IMG/VR virus record: IMGVR_UViG_3300031965_000715
Span: 1 to 54,819 of that record
Direction: 5' to 3' (one strand)
DNA length: 54,819 nucleotides
Source of the DNA: a virus
Taxonomy: Duplodnaviria > Caudoviricetes
The notes beneath the pieces are model-generated. The model had not been told where the DNA came from. It saw only the letters and a list, made by a program, of their open reading frames with translations, and ran no database searches. Positions within the stretch are counted from its first letter, which is position 1, and every line of letters starts with the position of its first letter. Shown here in pieces: positions 39,127-47,683 of this stretch. The translations under genes and the position numbers were made by a program.

Positions 39127-39906
39127 TTACGAAACCCTACTAATCCTTACTGAACGTGAGTCACGTAGAAATGGGTACAAATATTCCCATGCTTCTATAC
39201 TTGGAATACCAGCCCTAACGTGCTCAGCGACAAAGTCTCCGTCGTAGGTAGTACGGACACTTGAGTACGATTCTGAAAGAACACCTATAGTTTGGATTTC
39301 CTGATCTTGGTTGTAGCCATCAAGAAGAACCAATACTATTTCGTAGCACGCAAATTCAATTTCAATAGGCACCTCTGCATCGTTGTTCCTTGGAAACTGC
39401 AACGATTGACTTGAGTCAGCTTTATCACCAGCAAAATTTAACTTGTCAATTGTACGTGTTGCTTGTATAAGGGCTGCTTCTCTATCACTATAGACAGCGG
39501 TATCCCATGATCTAGTGTTTAATCTTCTGCTAAAGTAAACATTGGCTCTGGATATTGTGCCATAAAAATACCACGTTAAATCATCTTCAGTGACTACACT
39601 TTCAGTGGTCGCTGGTACATAAGTTTTCTCTACTGGCTCAACAATAGTTTTAATAATAAAATGTTGAGGTACTGCACTTGGGTGTAAAAATAATAAGCCT
39701 AATATATCAGCGTACATTTCGGCTGATGAGAAATTTACTGTCCACTGCCCATTTCCTTCAGACACAGGGACCATTGATAATGTTTCTTGGTCTCCACCGT
39801 CTTTAGTAATATACCCAGAGACAACACCTGTTGAAACAGGTACTCCTGCTGGTGTAACCATTTCAAAAGGAAAACCTACAACAGCTTGGCCTTTTATAAA
39901 ATCCAT
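39127..39906 (-). CDS. Head-tail adaptor (DnaT-like domain) with N-terminal Ig-like domain
   Basis: ANVYFSRR, ALIQATRTID, GDK....QSLQFPR, VPIEIEFACYE. Confidence 0.75.
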   Translation of the reverse strand: MDFIKGQAVVGFPFEMVTPAGVPVSTGVVSGYITKDGGDQETLSMVPVSEGNGQWTVNFSSAEMYADILGLLFLHPSAVPQHFIIKTIVEPVEKTYVPATTESVVTEDDLTWYFYGTISRANVYFSRRLNTRSWDTAVYSDREAALIQATRTIDKLNFAGDKADSSQSLQFPRNNDAEVPIEIEFACYEIVLVLLDGYNQDQEIQTIGVLSESYSSVRTTYDGDFVAEHVRAGIPSIEAWEYLYPFLRDSRSVRISRVS

Positions 39907-42056
39907 TAGTCTAACAACCTATTAATTGTTGTGAACAACCAAGGAACAATTTGTCCATACGACCTTAAATCACCATATATATTAACTGTAGCTTCAACGT
40001 CAGTAGATATATTTCTAGTTCTTATTATCACCGCTGTACTTTCACCAGTAGCTGCTAAATCTAATGTAAAGTGGCGTATTCTCTTAAAACTACTTTCCAG
40101 TAAAGTAGAGCAACTTACGTCTGAAGAGAAGTTCTTAATTTTAGTTAAATTGGCCGCAACTAGGCCAGTTGTTGAAATATATGAAGCTAGTTGCCTCTCT
40201 CTATCTAACTTACTAGCTGTTACTGCAGCAGATACTATTATACTTGCTGACGGTCTACTTGTTTTTATAATAGCACAAGTAGTATTTGCACTAGCTGATA
40301 TACTAGCTACTAATCTTTGACTTGATGTTTTTATAACATTAGCTGATATAGTGGCACTTGTTAATATATTAGAACTAAAGCTAATAGTTCTTTTAAGACT
40401 AGCTGCAACTGTTGTACTTGCTGATATAGCAGCAGATGGTCTCGCTGTTTTAATTAAAATTGTTGAAAGACTACTGCTAGCAGTTACACTAGCAGAAAAT
40501 CCAGCAGTTTTAATTAAGACTGCTGTTGCATTACTACTTGTTACTATTGCAGTTGTTAAATATTTATTAGATGTTGCAATAATGTTAGCAGTAGATGTAC
40601 CACTTGTATTTATAACTCCATTAAATCTAACAGTTCTTTTAAGACTAGCTGCAACTGTTGTATTTGCTGATATAGCAGCAGATGGTCTCGCTGTTTTTGT
40701 TAAATTAGCTGTAGCAAGAGCATTTGCTGATATAGCTGCTACAAGTATAGCTTGTCCACTTTTAGTTAAATCAGCAGTTACAGTACCGCTTACACTTATA
40801 CTAGTTGATAATAACCGTGTCCTATCTAACTTAGAAGCAGTTACAGTACCGCTTATACTTATACTAGTTGATAATAACCGTATCCTATCTAACTTAGAAG
40901 CAGTTACAGTACCACTTACACTTATAGCTGCTGAAGGTCTTGCAATCTTAGTTAAAGCACTAGTTATATTGCCACTTGTACTTATAGCTGCTACTAGTGG
41001 CTCTGTTTGACCTACACCTACTTCTGTTAGATCTGCTGTTACAGTGCCAGTGCCACTTATAACTGCTACTAGTGGCTCTAACACATATAATTGTACAGTA
41101 ATAACGCCAGTATCTGTAAGTCCTAGGTTATCTGTAACTTCAACTGTTAATAACCAAGTGTCTCCTGATACTAAGTTAGAATTATTATTTATAGTAATTT
41201 CACCAGTGCTAGAATTAATAATAAAAGGTTGTACCAAATTAGCTGTTACTAAGCAACTTGTGGCTATTGTACTGCTTAAATTTGCTTGCTTAGATAAAAG
41301 ACTTGTGATAGTGCTGGTACTGTTTACGCTTGCATTTAACTCTCTTACACGATCTAACTTAGAAGCAGTAGCTGTCCCAGTGCCGTTTACGCTTGTATTT
41401 AATTCTCTTACACGATCTAACTTAGAAGCAGTAGTTGTGCCAGTGGCATTTATAGCTGTTGAAAGTCTTGTAGCTTCACTTAGACTTGCTACAACAGTAC
41501 AAGTGCCACTTATTCCTGCTACTAGTGGCTCTGTAACACCAACAGTAATAGGTGTCTCTAAATATGTATCTGGATCATCTAAAAATATGCCAAGAATTTG
41601 TGCATCTTTAGTATTAGAATTAGTAGCCTCTATATACATTTCTATTCGATCTGATGAAGACCCAGCCGCCGGGTCCCAACTAACACTACCAGTTTTTATA
41701 CCTGTTCCAGATAAGCTAGCTCCTATATTAGTTGACTCATTGTCTACTGTCAAGCTATTAGGAACAATAGCTAAGTGGCCACCATTTGGATCGTCTAGAC
41801 CATATGTTAAATTTGCACCAGCAGTATTAACGTCTAAAGAAAAAGTCCAAGTACCACCTGGTATGTCTGCTAATCCCGGCACACCAGCTACTGTAGTAAA
41901 TAAGAAAGCACCTTTAGTAGAATTTTTATTAATACTAGACTGTACTTCCGTACTGCTACCATAAGTGTCAGTCATTTGTAGCTCATTAATAGCTACATGG
42001 ACACCTGAAGCTAAGGCAGTGTTATTTGGGAAGTATTTTACAGCCATTCTCTCCAA
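39906..42056 (-). CDS. Ser/Thr/Ala-rich repetitive virion fibre or scaffold protein
   Basis: More than 20 repeats of about 20-21 aa (LVAAISASGTVTASKLDR..); 63-bp DNA periodicity; partial cadherin-like segment. Confidence 0.7.
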   Translation of the reverse strand: MERMAVKYFPNNTALASGVHVAINELQMTDTYGSSTEVQSSINKNSTKGAFLFTTVAGVPGLADIPGGTWTFSLDVNTAGANLTYGLDDPNGGHLAIVPNSLTVDNESTNIGASLSGTGIKTGSVSWDPAAGSSSDRIEMYIEATNSNTKDAQILGIFLDDPDTYLETPITVGVTEPLVAGISGTCTVVASLSEATRLSTAINATGTTTASKLDRVRELNTSVNGTGTATASKLDRVRELNASVNSTSTITSLLSKQANLSSTIATSCLVTANLVQPFIINSSTGEITINNNSNLVSGDTWLLTVEVTDNLGLTDTGVITVQLYVLEPLVAVISGTGTVTADLTEVGVGQTEPLVAAISTSGNITSALTKIARPSAAISVSGTVTASKLDRIRLLSTSISISGTVTASKLDRTRLLSTSISVSGTVTADLTKSGQAILVAAISANALATANLTKTARPSAAISANTTVAASLKRTVRFNGVINTSGTSTANIIATSNKYLTTAIVTSSNATAVLIKTAGFSASVTASSSLSTILIKTARPSAAISASTTVAASLKRTISFSSNILTSATISANVIKTSSQRLVASISASANTTCAIIKTSRPSASIIVSAAVTASKLDRERQLASYISTTGLVAANLTKIKNFSSDVSCSTLLESSFKRIRHFTLDLAATGESTAVIIRTRNISTDVEATVNIYGDLRSYGQIVPWLFTTINRLLD

Positions 42057-42562
42057 CCTACCTGACTGCGTACATCTTTATGTACTTCGTATAACTCATC
42101 AGACATCCAAATACCGTGCATAGTAACTGAGTCAGCCGGTTTCACGAATTCTGACCAGTGACCAGTATACTGTAAAATATCGATATTTAATTTTTTAATA
42201 CTTTCTCTACGTTTCTCTGACTCATAATAGCCAATCCAACTTTGCTTTGTATTTTCAACTACTTCGTGAAAAGTCCATTCTATTGCTTTAAAATCACCAG
42301 GATGGTCTTCTGGGTCATCGTCCCAACATATTAATTTTATAAAGTTATCAAAATGGATGATGGCGTAATGATCGTAACAAGAAAATATTATTCCTTGTAT
42401 ATTTATTGCATTGATGTAGAAAAAATTATTAGAATTAATAGAATTAGATAATAGTGACTGGTCACTGGGCACTGGTGCCTTTGGCAATGCAGCCCACTTA
42501 ATTGAATCCATTAAAATCCAATTTTTGGGGCTAAGTTCAGCTCTCTGTACTAAAACTTTCAT
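42038..42562 (-). CDS. Hypothetical protein
   Basis: 174 aa, Trp-rich, translationally coupled. Confidence 0.7.
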   Translation of the reverse strand: MKVLVQRAELSPKNWILMDSIKWAALPKAPVPSDQSLLSNSINSNNFFYINAINIQGIIFSCYDHYAIIHFDNFIKLICWDDDPEDHPGDFKAIEWTFHEVVENTKQSWIGYYESEKRRESIKKLNIDILQYTGHWSEFVKPADSVTMHGIWMSDELYEVHKDVRSQVGWREWL

Positions 42563-43443
42563 TGTCTCACTTCTGAAAGTATTTTAAAACTATATGGTGA
42601 TGTGCCACCAATTACTTGCACTGTTCCAATAGGCTCGGCATTATCATATGGCGATGCGTTTCTAAATGTGTCTTCAGTTACAAATGGATTAGAAACTACA
42701 GCCGTGGGCCATTCCGCCGGTTCAAGCGGCTCGATCAGCCCGGACAGCGACCAGTTATCGGGGCGGGCTAGTTGCTTGATTTCGGTGTCCGAAGGTGGTC
42801 GCTTGAAAACCAAAACATCAGATATTTTACCCAGCCATTTATTTGCCCCTGCCGATGTTGACGAAATACTGCACACATCCAGCGTGCCGGCAGTGGCAGA
42901 AGCAGTAGCGGTCTGTTGAACACCATCTATGTATAGATAGGTCGTTCCACCCCGCGTGACAACAGCAACATGTGTCCAGCGGTTAGCTATAGCACCATCG
43001 TTAGAGACAACCTCCGCATAAGCCCCCCCTCGCCACTTTGAAGTCGCCAGTTCTTTTAGCCCTATAGACGCTACTTTCCACACGTCCGGGGCATCATAAG
43101 CGGCGAAAGCGTTTCCACGGTTCCATGACACGGAAGACGGATTAGCCCACAAGCAAACAGAAGTGGTGGGCATATTAAGATTAAGAGCCGGGAGAAGTAC
43201 GTAATTGGTACTCCCGTCAAAATCCAAGCACCACCGCCCCAGGTAATCACTCCAAACCCAGTCAGTCGGGTCCATATTCGTGAGCGTGCCGTGGTTCTTC
43301 ACGCGACCAGGCATTCCGTCGCCATCGCGGGCGATATTCGAGCCGGCCATCCAGCCGCCCATGTGGAACACCAGCCCACGCTTGGCCCAATGCGGCCGCG
43401 GTGTGTATCGCCAGTCTCTGGGGCGTTCACGTAAAGCGATCAT
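42559..43443 (-). CDS. LamG/concanavalin A-like jelly-roll protein
   Basis: NHGTLTNM, LDFDGSTNYV, WTHVAVV, LYIDGVQ, GKISDVLVFKR..SDTEIKQL. Confidence 0.88.
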   Translation of the reverse strand: MIALRERPRDWRYTPRPHWAKRGLVFHMGGWMAGSNIARDGDGMPGRVKNHGTLTNMDPTDWVWSDYLGRWCLDFDGSTNYVLLPALNLNMPTTSVCLWANPSSVSWNRGNAFAAYDAPDVWKVASIGLKELATSKWRGGAYAEVVSNDGAIANRWTHVAVVTRGGTTYLYIDGVQQTATASATAGTLDVCSISSTSAGANKWLGKISDVLVFKRPPSDTEIKQLARPDNWSLSGLIEPLEPAEWPTAVVSNPFVTEDTFRNASPYDNAEPIGTVQVIGGTSPYSFKILSEVRQ

Positions 43444-44033
43444 GCGTTTTGGAACTCGTCAATTACCGGGTCAAACACGACATGAGACTCGACCGCGTCG
43501 GTGTGGAATGCCGCCCCGCTCTCGTTCCGGACGACCAACGCACCGTAGCGCTCCGTCGCCAAAAACATTCCCACCTCGGCAACCTGAATGGTCGCGGTCG
43601 CCTGCACCGTGCAAATGAAATCGCCGATGTGAACCAGTTGATTCACGGCACTATCGCCGTTCGCCGAATAGCCGTCGTACGCTGAGTCGGCACCGCTCAC
43701 GCCGCCCGGATTCGCAGTTCCAGCGGTCGCGGACCAGGACGGTGCCCAGTACAGTGATATAACATCACCTGCCGTCGGCGTTGCCGCCAGCTCAAACGCG
43801 GCCCGCACCATATAGGCTGCCGCTCGATCGGCACCCAAGTCGACCTTTGTGCTCTGGCGGTAGGCTGAATCCGCCAGGCTCGTCAGGTCCAACTGTACAT
43901 CGGTTTCCTGGCTGCCGTCCGTGGTCTTGCGAAGGTCATTTGCCGCCGTCGGGTTGAAATCGGTGGCGTGATCCGCGAAGCAGACTTGCTTCGGCGTGCC
44001 GTCCATCTCAGTCAGGAGGATCTTAGTCGCCAT
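43440..44033 (-). CDS. Putative virion beta-sandwich protein
   Basis: Start MATKILL (44033) has a GAAAGGGA SD and overlaps the upstream ORF; 197 aa. Confidence 0.7.
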   Translation of the reverse strand: MATKILLTEMDGTPKQVCFADHATDFNPTAANDLRKTTDGSQETDVQLDLTSLADSAYRQSTKVDLGADRAAAYMVRAAFELAATPTAGDVISLYWAPSWSATAGTANPGGVSGADSAYDGYSANGDSAVNQLVHIGDFICTVQATATIQVAEVGMFLATERYGALVVRNESGAAFHTDAVESHVVFDPVIDEFQNA

Positions 44034-44187
44034 CGGTTCCCTTTCCGAAATAAAGATTAGCAGCCATCTCCCTCGCAGCCGCCGCGAGGTTGGACCGCAT
44101 CGTAGCCTGATCTTCGTCCCACTCACGAACACCGCTCTTGCGGATCAGTTCCACGGCAATTGCGAGTACCATTTCATTGATCGTCAT
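44023..44187 (-). CDS. Small hypothetical protein (54 aa)
   Basis: MTINEMVLAIAVELIRK...; its ATG overlaps the upstream TGA. Confidence 0.6.
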   Translation of the reverse strand: MTINEMVLAIAVELIRKSGVREWDEDQATMRSNLAAAAREMAANLYFGKGTDGD

Positions 44188-44642
44188 GGTGTGTATTGCC
44201 TCGCTGAAGCGATATCGGAAGGGGTGACGTAACCGCCCACTTCGAGCAGCCCTTGGCGGTACATCTGCTCGACGCGATTCACCGCTTCGATTATGATAGA
44301 TGCCATCCCAATGCGGGTCACAGTTCCCGCTGCAAAACAAGCCAACAAGCCAGCCTTCACTTGTCCGGTATTGTCCATGTCGATGCTGCCGGTCTGCATC
44401 TGCATCAAGATCCATTGTCGCTGTTGGTCCGACAACGCAGCGAATTCGTCGAGCTTGATCTGCTGTGCCAACTCGTTGACCGGAATCGCCTTGCGGTCGA
44501 CCTGCTGAGATTCCAATACCTCATTGAGTAAAACAGCATTTCCTACGTCGTTAATCGCCGGGGGTGGCATCAATCCGAGCGTGTTGGGGTCTGTCGTCAA
44601 CTCCGTATACAGTACCGCAATGTCTGCTTGTGAGCGTGCCAT
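44184..44642 (-). CDS. Hypothetical protein
   Basis: 152 aa with AAGGAG/AAAGG SD; ELTTDP...ND..A..LN pattern is seen in phage fibre-associated genes. Confidence 0.7.
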   Translation of the reverse strand: MARSQADIAVLYTELTTDPNTLGLMPPPAINDVGNAVLLNEVLESQQVDRKAIPVNELAQQIKLDEFAALSDQQRQWILMQMQTGSIDMDNTGQVKAGLLACFAAGTVTRIGMASIIIEAVNRVEQMYRQGLLEVGGYVTPSDIASARQYTP

Positions 44643-44669
44643 GTTCAGCCTTTCTCTCCTTTATTAAAA

Positions 44670-45533
44670 TTAACAAGGTGAATACGCTAACTTGTAACCG
44701 TATCTTTTCATATATTCTCCATGATCTTTTTCAATTTGTTTAATTTGTTTCTTAGTTAATTTTTCACGCCACTGGTTTGATTTACCTACTCTAAAAAATT
44801 CTTCTCCTGAACCTTTTTCTCTAAATGTATTGTCTTTTTCAAGCTGTTGTAAGTTTTCAAATTTTGTTTGCTCTAGTGCAAACTTAAATTTTTCCTCATC
44901 TATAATAGAAAACCCTAAGGCTTTCAATATTTTTCTAAATTCTCTCTCTGGACTTTCTAACATATTTTCATATTTAATTATAATTGTTGGTATATCCTTG
45001 TTAGTATCAGTCCATGATTTAACATGTGTAGACCATGTAGTTAAAACATGAATCAATTTTGAGATTGCGTGCTCAGCAATATGTTGCATAAAATTCATTT
45101 TTTCTATACAAATATCTATTGTTACACCCATATGATGTGCGTAACTTATTGCTATATCACGTGGATCGCGTATTATATATACTGCACCTTTACTAAGTAT
45201 TGGAGGCACCATTACAAAACCGTCAGCATGTACCTTTGCATTATGCGTTTTTAAAACTATGTTACAAGTTGGACTTGTACTTATTATATTCATAAGCATA
45301 GCTGACCTATAACAAAACTGCTCTATACTTGTCAGCTTATCTGATGGTCTAGCAGATACTAATTGCATATGTCCAGGATTAAGATCGCCCATAGCATATT
45401 GAAATGCAGAATTAATATCTAATGGAAAACCAGTTACATATGCATTCATAAACATACGCACCCAAGTATTTCCAGATTTTGGATAACTTGCAATCCATAA
45501 AATTTTACGTTCACTTACATCTACAGTCGTCAT
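44670..45533 (-). CDS. PAPS-dependent sulfotransferase (Sulfotransfer_1 family)
   Basis: 5'-PSB ASYPKSGNTW, catalytic KTH, 3'-PB IIRDPRDIAIS, W..HVKSW, KYENM, FFRVGKSNQW. Confidence 0.95.
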   Translation of the reverse strand: MTTVDVSERKILWIASYPKSGNTWVRMFMNAYVTGFPLDINSAFQYAMGDLNPGHMQLVSARPSDKLTSIEQFCYRSAMLMNIISTSPTCNIVLKTHNAKVHADGFVMVPPILSKGAVYIIRDPRDIAISYAHHMGVTIDICIEKMNFMQHIAEHAISKLIHVLTTWSTHVKSWTDTNKDIPTIIIKYENMLESPEREFRKILKALGFSIIDEEKFKFALEQTKFENLQQLEKDNTFREKGSGEEFFRVGKSNQWREKLTKKQIKQIEKDHGEYMKRYGYKLAYSPC

Positions 45534-45551
45534 TATACTACGTACTATGTA

Positions 45552-45989
45552 CTATGCAAAGGTTACAGTAATTGCACCAGCAGCAAATTCTGCTGTATCA
45601 CCATTATCAATAGCTCTACTAGTATCAACATTTGAGTAAAATAACATATTTCCAGAGTCATAAGTAGAGCTATCAACAATAGCCATATCACTAACAGTGC
45701 CCCATGAGCCTGTAGCTTGTGTAAAAGTAATAGCTGCTGTATTAGCAGTTACACCATCACCACCAACAGCGGCATCCCAATTAGCATCTAATGGATTACG
45801 TTCCACACGAGCATAAGCACCAGCATTAGTAACTTCAACGCCGGTTCCAGTAGTAAATTGACCAGTATCTCCATCAACAGCACCAGTTGTTAAGAGTGCA
45901 ATAGCAAGTACACTTGGTGCTGTAAAACTACCTGTCCGAAAAATGTGAAGAATTAACTGTTCCTCCAAATAATTTGACATTTCGCTCAT
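45552..45989 (-). CDS. Small fibre-type virion protein (MSNYLE family)
   Basis: MSNYLE, YARV, NTAAITF.QATGSWGTV, GNMLFY, GDT..FAAGAITV. Confidence 0.75.
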   Translation of the reverse strand: MSEMSNYLEEQLILHIFRTGSFTAPSVLAIALLTTGAVDGDTGQFTTGTGVEVTNAGAYARVERNPLDANWDAAVGGDGVTANTAAITFTQATGSWGTVSDMAIVDSSTYDSGNMLFYSNVDTSRAIDNGDTAEFAAGAITVTFA

Positions 45990-46413
45990 TTTTTAGCTCC
46001 GATGTCCTTTTTAAGGGCTCTTCAAGAAGAAAATCAACAGAAAGTAGATTATTTTCTACAAGTACCTTTGATCTTTTAATAAAATCCTTCAACTCCATTC
46101 CATACACCCAAATTTCAACTGGGTCTTTAGTTGCATCAACCCAGCACATTCTTTTGTCACCAACAGGTTCTCCTATAAGTATGCTAGCGTGCGTTAATCT
46201 TAATATTTCTGAATCATGTTGTTCTTGTTCTGTTAAATCTAATCCTTCTATAACTCGTAAGCCATTACTATAAAAAGTTATCTGTCTTCCTAATAGTTGG
46301 CGTTTTGCTATACTTTTATATTTAGTTCCCTCAGATACATCACACTTATGTTCTACCATTCTTTTCATTAATAATGATGGCCTGCAATGTGCTATAAGTA
46401 ATTGTTTAGCCAT
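45928..46413 (-). CDS. Hypothetical protein
   Basis: 161-aa ORF in the operon. Confidence 0.6.
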   Translation of the reverse strand: MAKQLLIAHCRPSLLMKRMVEHKCDVSEGTKYKSIAKRQLLGRQITFYSNGLRVIEGLDLTEQEQHDSEILRLTHASILIGEPVGDKRMCWVDATKDPVEIWVYGMELKDFIKRSKVLVENNLLSVDFLLEEPLKRTSELKNERNVKLFGGTVNSSHFSDR

Positions 46414-47683
46414 TCAATTTTACCCCCTCTAACTCAATATTAAGTTCTGTTCTATCACCATTAAAACTAGATCGTCTCGTTTGAATAAAATCTAGTGGAT
46501 TATTTGCTATTTTTACTTTCCAAATTTCACCTTTCCAATTTATCATTTTTAAATATTCACTATTATAATTTTTAAAAAAAGCCTCCATTTCAAGACCTTT
46601 CAACCTATCTACACTAAAAGTATATTTTAATCTTCTATTTCTACTAGACTTAACGTATGTTTTTAAATTTCCAGCCATACTTCTATATATTGCTATATTC
46701 GATATTAAGTTTTCTGTATCACCCATTAGCGGTGCTGGTGTGACCATTGATGTTTTTATAAATTTAAAAGGTGCTTGAAAAATTACAAAATTTTTCGTGC
46801 CTATTATAATATTAAATATATTTTGGTCGAGATAAGTTTCATCTTTAACCGAAAAATTCAAAACATAATTAGTTTCAATATTTTGATTTATATTTAATAC
46901 ATCACTTACTTCTAAATAATATGTAGAATCTGTTGAAAGTATTGAGCTAACAAGTGAAAGCTCACTCTCTACAGTTTCCACTGCTAGTATTATTGTAAAA
47001 CTACCTATACGTGCAAGATTTCCACGAGCACTTATTGTAGCCGAAATGTACTTTATATTTTCTCTTAAATTAGCACTAAGTAATACAGAAGTACTTATAG
47101 CAGATACAATAGCTGTTTGTCTTTGAATAGCTATATCTAGGCTACATGAGCAAGTTATACTGGTACTTAAAGCAGTTGTTGTTTGAAAGTCACCTACTAA
47201 AAACCCTGATCCATTTAAGGAACTAGTCAAATACTTTATATTTTCTCTTAGGTTAGCACTTACTGCTATCGAAGTATTGATACTAGCAGCAATATTTCTT
47301 TGTCTGTTAAAATCACCTATTAAAAATGCAAATAAAGATGCTCTCGCAGAAAAACTTCTTTGTCTGGTAAAAGTAGCTTCTACTTGAGCCGAGAGATTTA
47401 TTTCCGAAAAAATAGGTTCATATTCACTTACTATGGGATTTCCTGACACAAGGTAAGGTAGATATGTTCCTACTGGCCCAATATCACCATACCAACATGG
47501 ATATTCGTAATCAATTCCTCCCTTAGTCTCTGATATTGACCAGATACCTATAGTTATTGATTTTACAAGCCAGTAGCCATTATCTTCTCTTACATAAGCA
47601 TTCTCTCCACCATAAGTGCCACTTTCATTATATATACCAGTACAATCTGGATTTGGAGTACCGGTAACAAAATAACTACTCAT
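46406..47683 (-). CDS. Modular virion protein (N-terminal domain, Ser/Thr repeats, distal-tail-like C-terminal domain)
   Basis: Contains both repeat types seen in other virion genes. Confidence 0.6.
   Translation of the reverse strand: MSSYFVTGTPNPDCTGIYNESGTYGGENAYVREDNGYWLVKSITIGIWSISETKGGIDYEYPCWYGDIGPVGTYLPYLVSGNPIVSEYEPIFSEINLSAQVEATFTRQRSFSARASLFAFLIGDFNRQRNIAASINTSIAVSANLRENIKYLTSSLNGSGFLVGDFQTTTALSTSITCSCSLDIAIQRQTAIVSAISTSVLLSANLRENIKYISATISARGNLARIGSFTIILAVETVESELSLVSSILSTDSTYYLEVSDVLNINQNIETNYVLNFSVKDETYLDQNIFNIIIGTKNFVIFQAPFKFIKTSMVTPAPLMGDTENLISNIAIYRSMAGNLKTYVKSSRNRRLKYTFSVDRLKGLEMEAFFKNYNSEYLKMINWKGEIWKVKIANNPLDFIQTRRSSFNGDRTELNIELEGVKLNG

Larger units (their letters stand above)
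42700..44650. other. High-GC island within the structural module
   Basis: Abrupt switch to GC-rich, CG-rich sequence (about 55-60% by eye) against an AT-rich background. Confidence 0.88.

Noticed and set aside
39931-41964. Long plus-strand hydrophobic ORFs
   Set aside because: Antisense shadows of the Ser/Thr/Ala repeat gene
25256-47683. Diversity-generating retroelement or invertase shufflon acting on fibre genes
   Set aside because: No reverse transcriptase, recombinase or adenine-variable repeat pair was seen
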